DNA from: Macrostomum lignano
Taxonomy: Eukaryota
Direction of reading: 5' to 3'
Assembly: GCA_002269645.1 (NCBI GenBank)
Contig: NIVC01002975.1
Span: forward strand, 63,999-127,998
DNA: 64,000 nt
Shown piece by piece: positions 13,681 to 25,219 of this stretch. A program made the translations under genes and the position numbers. Positions within the stretch are counted from its first letter, which is position 1. Every line of letters starts with the position of its first letter. The notes under the pieces were generated by a model. That model had not been told where the DNA came from. It did not search any database and saw nothing but the letters and a program-made list of their open reading frames with translations.

Positions 13681-14894
13681 ACACTATCCATTAATATCTA
13701 CATCTTCTCCCAATCTACTATCATCTATTCCCTCTCCGGTTAAGTTATCTTACCCCCCCCCCTGTTCAGCTCACACTCACTGGACCCCACGAGTCACAAC
13801 TGAAGTGTTGTCAGCCGTTTCCAAATTGCTCATGCATAAAAGTAAATATTAAAAACAGATTTTTAACACCCCTTGCTCTCGGCTGGACAAAGCAGCACTT
13901 GAAATCAACTATTAAGTTATGCAAATACTTTAGCGCATTCTCATCAACTTGACACTGTCACACAGCTTAAAGACAGAGTTTCAGAAAATATCTGACTTGA
14001 ATAATGATTGCGCAATCAAGCTGAGGACAGACGGAATTCTCGCTGCTCGAAAAGTTAACAAAAAATTCCAAGTGGCCGCTACCTATTCTAAGTAGGAGAA
14101 GAAGACAGAATGGAGGCCCAGCTAGTTGAATTATTCAAATCCATACTCAAAACTTACGATTATGAAAAATGAACAAGCTTATAACCTTTTTAAAGCTTGA
14201 TAGCTGAGAAATATAATGAGACAAAAAAGCCAGTAATTAAAAAATTTGGTTGGCCTGTTTAGGTCGCGAGGTGAGTCGGTGGGGGGGGGGTCGAGGCTGG
14301 GCAGGCCGGGGCCTGCAGGCGGGCATGGAAACCGCGGAGGTTTAAAAAAAGCCGAGGCTGAAGAGACATGCAGAGCGGATTATTAGCCTTCCGAGTCTGT
14401 CCCGACCCTCGGGGTCACCGCCGGAGCCGCTGGCTGGGAGGCCAACTTCTGTTGTCAGGCGAAAGCGGGGAAAAAGTTGAGACGAGACCGGAATGCGCAA
14501 TCCGAGTTGCCACCCAGGATTTTGGGGTTGCGGAAAATTGAGAAGAAAATCTGAGAAATGAGCGGCTTTGATGTGAAAGACTTCGGGTCACGCGGGGGCT
14601 CGGCCCGACTCGACCTTAGAACTGTGAGCAGGTGCTCACTCAGCGGGCTACTACAAAATGACCCCCACCCTGGCAACAGGGTGACTTTGACTGGCTTTTA
14701 CCCAACCAGAGGTCATTGGAATAGAAAAGAAAATCGAACAGATTCCAGTCCAGCAGCTCAGGAAAGGAATTCAACCTATTTTTTTCAGACACTGCTTAAA
14801 AAACAACAGGCCCCGGTATCTGGGCTGGGATTGACTATTTTTTTATGAAGAAACTAAAAAAAACAAACACCTTTTTTCAAGTGAAAAGGAGAAG

Positions 14895-15195
14895 GAACGG
14901 GAAGAAAAGAGAGGAAAGGGGAGGGGAGAGAGGAGAGGGGAGAGAGAAGAGAGGAGAGAGAAGAGAGGAGAGAGAAGAGATGAGAGAGGAAGGAGGATCG
15001 AGAGGGGAGAGAAGAGAGAGGGGAGAGAAGAGAGAGGGGAGAGAAGAGAGAGGGGAGAGAAGAGAGGAGAGAGGAGAGGGGAGAGAAGAGAGGAGAGGGG
15101 AGGGGAGAGAGAGTAGAGATGGGAGAGGGGAGAGATGGGAGAGAGGAGAGAGGGGAGGGAGAGGAGAGAAGAGAGTAGAGGAGAGGGGAGAGGCG
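14895..15195. repeat. GA-rich low-complexity tract
   Basis: Directly visible. Confidence 0.9.
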
Positions 15196-15384
15196 AAAGA
15201 GTAAGAGCAGATGATAAGAAGGCAGATATTAAAAGTAATAACGAGAGCTCAAAAGCGCACAGAACTGAAACACGCAGAAGGCATGACAACAAAAGCAGCA
15301 GCAGAGCAAAAAGTTCCATAAGGAATCTCAAATACAAGCAATGCCAACTGAATTGCTGTGTTAGACGGCTGTTTAACAGTGCCG

Positions 15385-15473
15385 GCACTCTGGCACAAGC
15401 ATTCTGGCACAAGCACTCTGGCACAAGCACTCTGGCACAAGCACACTGGCACAAGCACACTGGCACAAGCACA
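15385..15473. repeat. 14-bp tandem repeat (CTGGCACAAGCACT/A), ~6 copies
   Basis: Directly visible; begins right after the exon 2 donor. Confidence 0.92.
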
Positions 15474-15478
15474 CTCAC

Positions 15479-15596
15479 CCGTCTGGCCTGCTGGCGCACC
15501 CGCTGCCGCTCGCGGGACCGATTGAACTCTTCGGCGAGGTCGCGGAGAACCAGACCGGCCCGGCGCCACTGCTCTCGTCCGGACGCGGCCGCTGGC
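15479..15596 (-). CDS. Bcl-2 family gene, exon 2 (BH3)
   Basis: CAG acceptor and GTGAGT donor, phase 2/0; PAAASGREQWRRAGLVLRDLAEEFNRSRERQRVRQQARR contains BH3-like LRDLAEEF. Confidence 0.85.
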
Positions 15597-15633
15597 CTGG
15601 AATTCCAGGGTAACCGCGAGAGTGAGGAAAGAC

Positions 15634-15850
15634 TAGGGTTGGGGAAGATTAGGGTTGGGGAAGATTAGGGTTGGGGAAGATTAGGGTTGGGGAAGATTAG
15701 GGTTGGGGAAGATTAGGGTTGGGGAAGATTAGGGTTGGGGAAGATTAGGGTTGGGGAAGATTAGGATTGGGGAAGATTAGGGTTGGGGAAGATTAGGGTT
15801 GGGGAAGATTAGGGTTGGGGAAGATTGGGTTTGGGGAAGATGATTAGGGT
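15634..15850 (+). repeat. 16-bp G-rich repeat (TTAGGGTTGGGGAAGA), ~13 copies
   Basis: Directly visible; each unit contains TTAGGG; fills most of intron 1. Confidence 0.95.
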
Positions 15851-15919
15851 TGGGAGGTTGGGGATGATTAGGATTGGAGGTCTTGAAAAATCCCTCTCTC
15901 CCTCAGCCAGAGAACTCAC

Positions 15920-16308
15920 TCAGCATCCGGCATCGTCACGAGCTCGACAGCTCGCCGCTCCGCCAGTCCCGCCGGCCGGTCCGGCAGCCGCTCAATCTCG
16001 TGGGCCACAAAGTCGCTGAACAGCCGGGCGCCGTCTCTGGCCGCCGCCGACGTCACATCGGCGACCTCCAGCTGCGGTAGCGTCGGCGGCTCGGACTCGA
16101 CCACCTCCGACGGCTGCTGGCGGCGAGCGTCTCGGGGCAGCAGGTCCGGCCCGACCCCGGTGAAAGTCACTTCGAGTGGAGGCGGCCGGCGAGGCCTCGG
16201 AATGCCGTTGCCGCCGCCGTCGCCGCTGCCACCTCCGCCGTTGCCGGAAATCCGCAGGCGCAGACAGGAGGGCGGCTTCCCGCCACCGTTACCGCGGTTG
16301 GACGACAT
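15920..16308 (-). CDS. Bcl-2 family gene, exon 1 (Gly/Pro-rich N-terminus and BH4-like helix)
   Basis: ATG at 16308 (MSSNRG..), GTGAGT donor at 15919, phase 2 matching exon 2. Four exons total 852 nt = 283 aa + stop. Confidence 0.78.
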
Positions 16309-17149
16309 GCTGTGAGTCGCTGTATTCAAGTATCTCTAATTTAGCCGATTTGAGCACAAATATTGAGCAAGAAAAGGATGGAATCCGTCTGCTTGATTTG
16401 GTTTGGCCTCGACTCCAGGCTCTGTCCCAGGCTCAAAGCCTTCCGACACAGGATATTTATTGATAATCCGCGGGGTATGCAGCCACCCCAGCGCCTCTCC
16501 CAGCCCTCCGCCCGAAAATCGGCCATGTCCTACCAGGAGCAGCAGCAGCAGCAGGAGCAGCAATCAGCAAAGCGCCTCTCAGCCCCCATTGTCTCCCCTC
16601 AACCTGGCAAAGCGGTCCAATGAGCCGCCATCTCTGCCGCTGATTGGCTGGCTGAGCTCGGAGAATTCTGCCACTAACAGCTCGCTTATCAATTAGTCAG
16701 CACAATTGATGAAATTGTTAATCGTAACTCTGCGCGGACTAGATGAAGGTGAAGTTAAAACAAATCTGCACTCGAACGCGTTCCAATGATAATTATAATT
16801 TGTTAAAGCATGCCAACAGCAGTAAACATTAGAGAAATCCATTCTCCATATTTCTACTTACTTACAATTTGTCAATTAACACACAAAAACTGGAGTCCAC
16901 TCGAGTGGCACTTCAATCTGAGAAATGCACTATTAGCCAAAGGCTGTTAATTGCTTGTCAGTCAGAATCTGTGAAGTGGCAATGGCCAAGGTTAAAATCT
17001 GTTAGAGTGTTGCGCACTTGACTGCATCAGGTTCGCCACACTTTGCCCCATCATGCAATAAAAACAAATGAACTTTGAAGAGTGCATTTGTACTTTAAAA
17101 GAGAGAAATTCGATGATTAAGTTCCAATTGTACTTTATAGCTCGTATCA

Positions 17150-18730
17150 TTTAGTTCAGGTGAGATTTTAGCGCCAATTTAGCTCAGGTGAGATTTTAGC
17201 GCCAATTCAGTTCAGGTGAGATTTTAGCGCCAATTTAGTTCAGGTGAGATTTTAGCGCCAATTTAGCTCAGGTGAGATTTTAGCGCCAATTCAGTTCAGG
17301 TGAGATTTTAGCGCCAATTCAGTTCAGGTGAGATTTTAGCGCCAATTCAAGTTTAGCTCAGGGGAGATTTTAGCGCCAATTCAAGTTTAGCTCAGGGGAG
17401 ATTTTAGCGCCAATTCAGTTCAGGTGAGATTTTAGCGCCAATTCAAGTTTAGCTCAGGTGAGATTTTAGCGCCAATTCAAGTTTAGCTCAGGGGAGATTT
17501 TAGCGCCAATTCAGTTCAGGTGAGATTTTAGCGCCAATTCAAGTTTAGCTCAGGTGAGATTTTAGCGCCAATTCAGTTCAGGTGAGATTTTAGCGCCAAT
17601 TCAGTTCAGGTGAGATTTTAGCGCCAATTTAGTTCAGGTGAGATTTTAGCGTCAATTCAGTTCAGGTGAGATTTTAGCGCCAATTCAGTTCAGGTGAGAT
17701 TTTAGCGCTAATTTAGCTCAGGTGAGATTTTAGCGCCAATTTAGTTCAGGTGAGATTTTAGCGCCAATTTAGTTCAGGTGAGATTTTAGCGCCAATTTAG
17801 TTCAGGTGAGATTTTAGCGCCAATTTAGTTCAGGTGAGATTTTAGCGCTAATTTAGCTCAGGTGAGATTTTAGCGCCAATTTAGTTCAGGTGAGATTTTA
17901 GCGTCAATTCAGTTCAGGTGAGATTTTAGCGCTAATTTAGCTCAGGTGAGATTTTAGCGCCAATTTAGTTCAGGTGAGATTTTAGCGCCAATTCAATTCA
18001 GGTGAGATTTTAGCGCCAATTCAATTCAGGTGAGATTTTAGCGCCAATTTAATTCAGGTGAGATTTTAGCGCCAATTCAGTTCAGGTGAGATTTTAGCGC
18101 CAATTCAAGTTTAGGTCAGGTGAGATTTTAGCGCCAATTCAAGTTTAGGTCAGGTGAGATTTTAGCGTCAATTCAAGTTTAGGTCAGGTGAGATTTTAGC
18201 GCCAATTTAGTTCAGGTGAGATTTTAGCGCTAATTTAGCTCAGGTGAGATTTTAGCGCCAATTTAGTTCAGGTGAGATTTTAGCGCCAATTCAATTCAGG
18301 TGAGATTTTAGCGCCAATTCAAGTTTAGCTCAGGTGAGATTTTAGCGCCAATTTAATTCAGGTGAAATTTTAGCGCTAATTTAGCTCAGGTGAGATTTTA
18401 GCGCCAATTTAATTCAGGTGAGATTTTAGCGCCAATTCAGTTCAGGTGAGATTTTAGCGCCAATTCAAGTTTAGCTCAGGTGAGATTTTAGCGCCAATTC
18501 AGTTCAGGTGAGATTTTAGCGCCAATTCAGTTCAGGTGAGATTTTAGCGCCAATTCAGTTCAGGTGAGATTTTAGCGCCAATTCAGTTCAGGTGAGATTT
18601 TAGCGCCAATTCAGTTCAGGTGAGATTTTAGCGCCAATTCAGTTCAGGTGAGATTTTAGCGCCAATTCAGTTCAGGTGAGATTTTAGCGCCAATTCAAGT
18701 TTAGCTCAGGTGAGACTTTAGCACCAATTT
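17150..18730. repeat. 28-34-bp minisatellite with core CAGGTGAGATTTTAGCGCCAAT
   Basis: Directly visible, >50 copies. Confidence 0.97.
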
Positions 18731-19489
18731 ATAGTGAGTACGCCACCCCAAGTTCCCTAGGGGAAAGGGGGTTGGGGTTGGGCGAGGAAATCTTGATGAT
18801 ATTTTGGCATCGCGGGTCCAAATTCAGAATGCCAGTGGCATCTATGTACCATAAAAAGTGCCAGGAAAGAAGGAAGGAATGCGACAGTCTCGCATACTAA
18901 TTGTGGATAAGTCGCTACATAAAGAGGCTCTAGATACAGTTGCTATGGCGGTGCAGTTGGAAATCTCCCAAGAGAACGCTGGCACCTTAAGCTCCTCTTG
19001 TACACTCAGTTGTAGCAAAAGAAGCTCCACTCAGTTTTATTTGTCGTAGAAACAGGCAATTCAGCCCCAGAGTTGCAAAACTCTGAAACACAAGCTCACG
19101 AGTTCAGTTCTTTTATTCAACTGAATTTTTGTAGCTGGTAATGCAATACTCGCTGCTCAGTCCCCTGAGATGATACACAGTCAAGTCATTTCTGCGCAAC
19201 CGGCTTAGCAACTAAAAATTGAAATTTTAGCTGGAGAAACACCGCCCCACACCTCAAGTCGGTGTTTCAGAGATAAAAACGGGAAGCTATTAATTGTTCG
19301 CTACATCCCAGGCGTTTCTAGTTTCGTTTGTAGAAAGCAACTGCATTTAGATTTCATAATTTCATTTAGTCTGCTATGTTGCTGGAAACCAAACATCTGC
19401 TCTCACACACAGGAACCTCAGCCCTCTCTAACATTTATTCATTGTCATTTACCCTCTCTCCATGCTATCTTAGCCTATATTAACCATGC

Positions 19490-19860
19490 TATCTGGCTAC
19501 TTCTCCCTCTCCTACCCCTAGCTACTTCTCCCCCTCCTATCCTTAGCTACTTCTCCCCCTCCTACCCATAGCTACTTCTCACCCTCCTACCCTTAGCTAC
19601 TTCTCCCCCTCCTACCCATAGCTACTTCCCCTACCCAACTACTCCCCCCTCCTACCCCCTAGCTACTTCTCCCCTCATATCCCTTAGCTACTTCTCCCCT
19701 CATATCCCTTAGCTACTTCTCCCCTCATATCCCCTAGCAAATTCTCCCCTCATATCCCTTAGCTACTTCTCCCCTCCTACCCTAAGCTAATTCTCCCTTT
19801 CCTACCTATAGCTACGTGTCCCCCTCCTACACCTAGCTATTTTCTTGCCTTTCTAACTAC
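19490..19860. repeat. ~26-bp degenerate minisatellite (TAGCTACTTCTCCCCCTCCTACCCT)
   Basis: Directly visible. Confidence 0.88.
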
Positions 19861-20935
19861 CTCTACCTCCTCTCCTTACTTATATCCGTGTCTCCCTACT
19901 TCTCTATCCAACCTATTTGTCCTTCTCTTCTTTACTAATTGAAGAAACTAAATGGCATTCTATATTCCAACTTCCTCTATTCTTGCACTCGCTCAAAGAT
20001 TTCGCTGTAGACCTGCAGAGGCGACAGAGGAAAAGCATCTTGCCAAGAACACACAAGAGTTGTAAATCATTCCCCACACGGCAGCGGATGTAGCAGAAGG
20101 TTAAGCCAGCCCGGGTAACTCTAATAATTCTCAATTGTGCCTCTCCACTATCACTTAGCCGGCCATTTTGTCGAAGAATTCCGAACCCTACACTAACACA
20201 CCTCACTGCAGTTTGCTTCAGGCAGTTTAGACCGCCGTGTACCGGGAGAGCAATCTGCGCAAATAATTGTGTTTCTCCCTGCTGCAGCCCTGGATACATT
20301 TTCTCCCAACCCACCGGGAAGAGGGACAGGAAATCGGGGCCGAGGATAAGTTCCATACAGGCGTGCGTTTTGTTGCGGCTTCTTCTAGTAGAGAAAAAAG
20401 ATGAAAGATTGGGTTTAAAAGGTGACGATGAATCGGCCACTTACGATTCAATTTGCCCGAAAGATACGGCTAGAAGAATAGATAATAAAGCACGCGCGGC
20501 GCACTCCAGAGCGCCGTCATTGCAATAAACATAAAAAAATTGGTATTGCTTGTCGCTGAATTTTCTCTTCTTTTTCAGCGAAAGCAAAAGCAAGGAGCGG
20601 CCGGGGAGAACACGAAGGAACTGCGCACATGCCCGCTTGGCGGCAGCGGCAGCGGATGGATGACACACGCAAACAAATCCACAATGTAGCCAAACTGCAT
20701 TGCAGCCATAAAACTTCTCGGCTTCGCGAGAACTGCTTTAAATTAGAAGAATTATTGCTTTGGCCAGGTTGCTGCCTCCTTATCTTGGAGACGGAAACCC
20801 AGAGGGAAGGAGCGCCTCTCACTTCTGCTGCCTGCAATAATCTGCGAATGTAGCCGAATTGGAAAATTGCTGCGGAGGTCTCTCGATCCTTTTTTATAAA
20901 CCAAATTGCTTTGCTCCTTTGCTGGCTTTGTGCTT

Positions 20936-20937
20936 CC

Positions 20938-20982
<45 letters not shown>

Positions 20983-21060
20983 GACTGTCTGATTGTCTGA
21001 TTGTCTGTCTGTCTGTCTGTCTGACTGTCTGATTGTCTGTCTGTCTGTCTGTCTGTCTGA

Positions 21061-21094
<34 letters not shown>

Positions 21095-21096
21095 GA

Positions 21097-21158
<62 letters not shown>

Positions 21159-21172
21159 GATTGTCTGTCTGA

Positions 21173-21234
<62 letters not shown>

Positions 21235-21247
21235 GCTTGTCTGTCTG

Positions 21248-21320
<73 letters not shown>

Positions 21321-21323
21321 GCC

Positions 21324-21376
<53 letters not shown>

Positions 21377-21378
21377 GA

Positions 21379-21468
<90 letters not shown>

Positions 21469-21546
21469 GACTGTCTGATTGTCTGATTGTCTGTCTGTCT
21501 GTCTGTCTGACTGTCTGATTGTCTGTCTGTCTGTCTGTCTGTCTGA

Positions 21547-21580
<34 letters not shown>

Positions 21581-21582
21581 GA

Positions 21583-21624
<42 letters not shown>

Positions 21625-21661
21625 GCCTGTCTGTCTGTCTGTCTGTCTGCTTGTCTGTCTG

Positions 21662-21750
<89 letters not shown>

Positions 21751-21778
21751 GCCTGTTTGTCTCTCTGTCTGTCTGTCT
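20936..21778. repeat. (CTGT)n microsatellite with CTGATTGT interruptions
   Basis: Directly visible. Confidence 0.98.
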
Positions 21779-23740
21779 GCATGTAAAAGTTCACACGAAA
21801 AGAAAAGACAAGCTTGTGACAAGAGGACAATCAGCATCTAATTACACTACCAGGATGCAGGCCAAATGAAAATCCAAAATAAAGAGGATTACAGCGCAAA
21901 GGATAATTAAAGAAAGCAAAGCCATGCAGCTAGCGAGGCGGGGGCAGTCAACCAAATAATTGGCAACAAATTTGAAAGCTGGCCCAACCCGGGCCAACAA
22001 TAGAGGAGCAACGAGTAGCAGCGAGAGTGAGCGACCGGTCAAGCAGGAGGATGAAGGGGGATTCGCCGAGGCGTACTGGTGGACCGCCGCCTCAGCACAG
22101 CACGGTTTAATTGGCTCAGGTGGATCAGGGCTGGCGGCCTTTGTGGCCTCCGCTCTCGCCTGGGGGGACGAGAGGTCGGCGAGCAAAAAATATGAAAAAC
22201 TGCCAATGTCCAGCCTCCCGCCCGCATCCTACATTGAGGCAGCTTAAGGACCCCGCCTCGGGGAATGAGCGGAGCTATCAGCAGCCCCGCTGCCGGGGTC
22301 TCCACGCATGGATAAAGCGGCTGGGTTAATAACTGGACACTGCGGCACAGGGCACACGTGCGAGCGGCCGGCCCGCAGACTTCTTCATAATTTAATGCTC
22401 CATCACTACAGTATCCGCTTATGCTAGATGTATAATCGCCCATTGTCCTAGACCAATGAACCTGCTTAGCCATAACTATAAGGATTCCCACTGTCTTTGA
22501 TGAGGACTATAATTAGCAGGGAGCTACTAAGCAAAGGAATTGGTTTCCCTCCCCAAGCACAATTTTGTTTTCTTATCCTCCTAGCAAAACTAAAATCTCT
22601 CCCTTGTGTTTTAAATCACGCTGAAGGTCATGAAGACAAACATTTATGAAGATACCAACGGTAGAGACATTACATTGAAGTTACAATTCTTGACAAATAA
22701 TGTGTATCAATCGATGTACCTATCTAGCTCGTATCTATCCAGCCGACATGACTTCATATGGTGCTCCAATTGCACAAAGTCTGCAAAGGAAGAATTTGCT
22801 GAATTCCAACGATCCCAATAATGCAGGGAACTTGCAAAGCTGGCTGATGAGATGAGATTAACCCGATTGCAAATATCTTTTCGAATAAATTATAAGAATA
22901 TAAACTCATTCTGAAAACCGAATAATTCGATTGGTGCCTGTCATAGAAGAGGCACAAGATTATCCACTGCGCGTGTGCGGCCACCAACTGATAAACAATA
23001 GATGCCAATCGCGCAATGAGAATTTCAAGGATGGAGGAGGTCTTCAGCCTGGAGAACTGCTCAGCTCTCCACGCATAGAGATGGCTATCACTGTGCTGGC
23101 TATTGCGCCAGCGCCCGTCAGCTAACATTTAGTTAATGAAGCCAGACTCACCTGCATGCACAGCTATATTCATCATCTACTTAACCTGCATCGATTGACC
23201 CGCGATGCTTTATTCAGCTAGCTAGTTGAGCAGTCATGCCGATTCCGCTAAGCCGGATACGTACGCAGACTCGCATTTCTCAGGCATGCCTGCATTCTGT
23301 GCCAAGGGACCTGGCTCTCATGGTTGAGCACTGCACAAGCCCCAGGCCAATTCTCGTTCAAGAGCCCTAAAATTAATGTCATGATATTAGTTTAGTAAGA
23401 AGCATTAGGCTGTGTGCACCCTGGCGCACTTTAAGCGACATTGTCACACAGCCCCCGGGAAGGGACAGCGGCTCTCACTGCAGTGCAGCACCCGGGAAGG
23501 GGCCGGCGAGAGGCATTGCTGCCCATTCCGCCGACTCCCCTGAGCAGGCACACAAGCGCGCGGATACGTACGCAGTCATACGCACAGGCACACACTCACA
23601 CAGGAGTGTACAGCGGCCCTAACTTTATATTATCGTTAGGCATGTACACTTCACTGCGCATTGGGAGTTGGCCCTCACGGCCGTTAATTGCACGAGCAGA
23701 GCCAAGCCGAGATTCCAATTCAGCCCCAAATTAATGTGAC

Positions 23741-23808
23741 GGCACTTGGAATCGAGCCTGGGCCGCTGGCACATCAGAGCGCTGCGATAGACCGCTGGGC
23801 TACGCCCC
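23741..23808 (-). other. tRNA-derived (SINE-head-like) sequence
   Basis: A-box-like TAGCCCAGCGG and B-box-like GGCTCGATTCC at tRNA-like spacing; no full cloverleaf seen. Confidence 0.4.
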
Positions 23809-25219
23809 CCTTAACCGTTAAGCTACTCTGCATCTGGGATGCTGAAATCGAAACGAAATTCAAACAATACAAGCATTGCAATTTTGATTCATTGCTTTTT
23901 CACTAACATAAAAGAAGAAACAATTCTTTTAGTAGTAACTTTGTTAAAGCTAGCAAATAAAAATGCATCAAGTGACGTGTTTGTTTAATTTAAGTCACCG
24001 AATGAACCGAGCTTCGAGCACAAACGCATGCAATAGAGAGATAGAAGGTATAGCATAAACAGCTAGGGGAACAAATATAAAAAAGAATTACAGTGGCAGG
24101 AGGACAGACTGCAATTGCAACAGACATTGAGTTATCAAGAGAGACTTGGACAGCAACAAAAAAGTTATGGACCACGAACCAAAAAAGAACACGAAAAAAC
24201 TAGCAGAGCAATAAGAAAAAAACTACTATTACTGTACAATTCAGCTGAAATCCATCATTGCGCTCTCCATTCCAGGTGGATGAAGCTGAGGATCAAGAGT
24301 GGCGAGAAAGGCAGCTGGATGCAGACTATGGGAGAATCAAGAGTGGGAGGAGCTTCTCAACACAGTAAATCCTCACAATTGGATGGCATCTGCGAAGACT
24401 GAAACCAAAAACGCGCGCCAAGAGCGTGGCGGAGAGGGGAGGGGAGAGTGCCGAAAAAATGTGATGGGGCAATGGCCAGAGCCAGAACTAGAATACTTCG
24501 ATCACAAAGTCTCCCAGCAAGTGAAAGGGAAAGAGAGATGCAGCTGTTCCAGAACCACTTCATCATCAGAATCTTCGCCTCTCTTCGCACACCTTGAGAT
24601 ATCACAATTCAAAAATATGAGTCACAACTATAGGATTAGGCAATAGTAAAGAATTGAGTTGCAGCAAAAAATATGGCGACTTAGCGAGAGCTGCGAATGA
24701 AAACACGGGCACTAAAATTGAGTTATTACTAGAATTTTATTTTTGATTGCAATCATAACGTGACTTAATATTTAAATATTCTTATTTATTACTAGTAATG
24801 AGGGAACATACACGCGCAACTGCTGGCTGACCTGGCCAATCCGGCCAACGTAAATTGAGGTGGACCAGGGGTAAGTCGCGAAAATGCCCACCCAAGGGAA
24901 TAAACATAGTAGTAATTAGATGACGAAGCATTTAGCCTTAATAATACAGTCATAGTTACTCCTGCCGTTTACTCAAAATTACGTTAATTTTCTGAGCATT
25001 ACTTCCCCAGGTAAGTCGCATTTTTGGTCAAAAAGTAAGTCACATGGCCAGTGTAAATCAGGGGGTTTGCGCATGTATGAGAGAGAATATGGGTCAGTTG
25101 ACAATTAAAAGGAAATGTGAACTGCATTTCCAAGCCTGTTGATGTCCAAGCTAAAATCTTCAACTCAAGATTCGACTAATCTCCTAAAAATATTTCTTCT
25201 GACTCAATGAATTTATTCA

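Noticed and set aside
15634-15850. Possible telomere or interstitial telomeric tract
   Set aside because: TTAGGG is only part of a 16-bp unit; there are no consecutive hexamer runs.
17150-18730. Constant core with variable linkers resembling a CRISPR array
   Set aside because: Linkers are 6-12 nt and themselves repeated, there are no cas genes, and the context is eukaryotic.
20517-21869. TDRQ/SVCL repeat ORFs up to 437 aa
   Set aside because: Products of the (CTGT)n microsatellite.
21960-22247. 95-aa plus-strand ORF
   Set aside because: No recognisable domain or phase-compatible partner exons.
24276-24368. Exon-like segment after ctccattccAG (VDEAEDQEWRERQLDADYGRIKSGRSFSTQ*)
   Set aside because: Plausible acceptor, but no upstream exons or homology could be identified.
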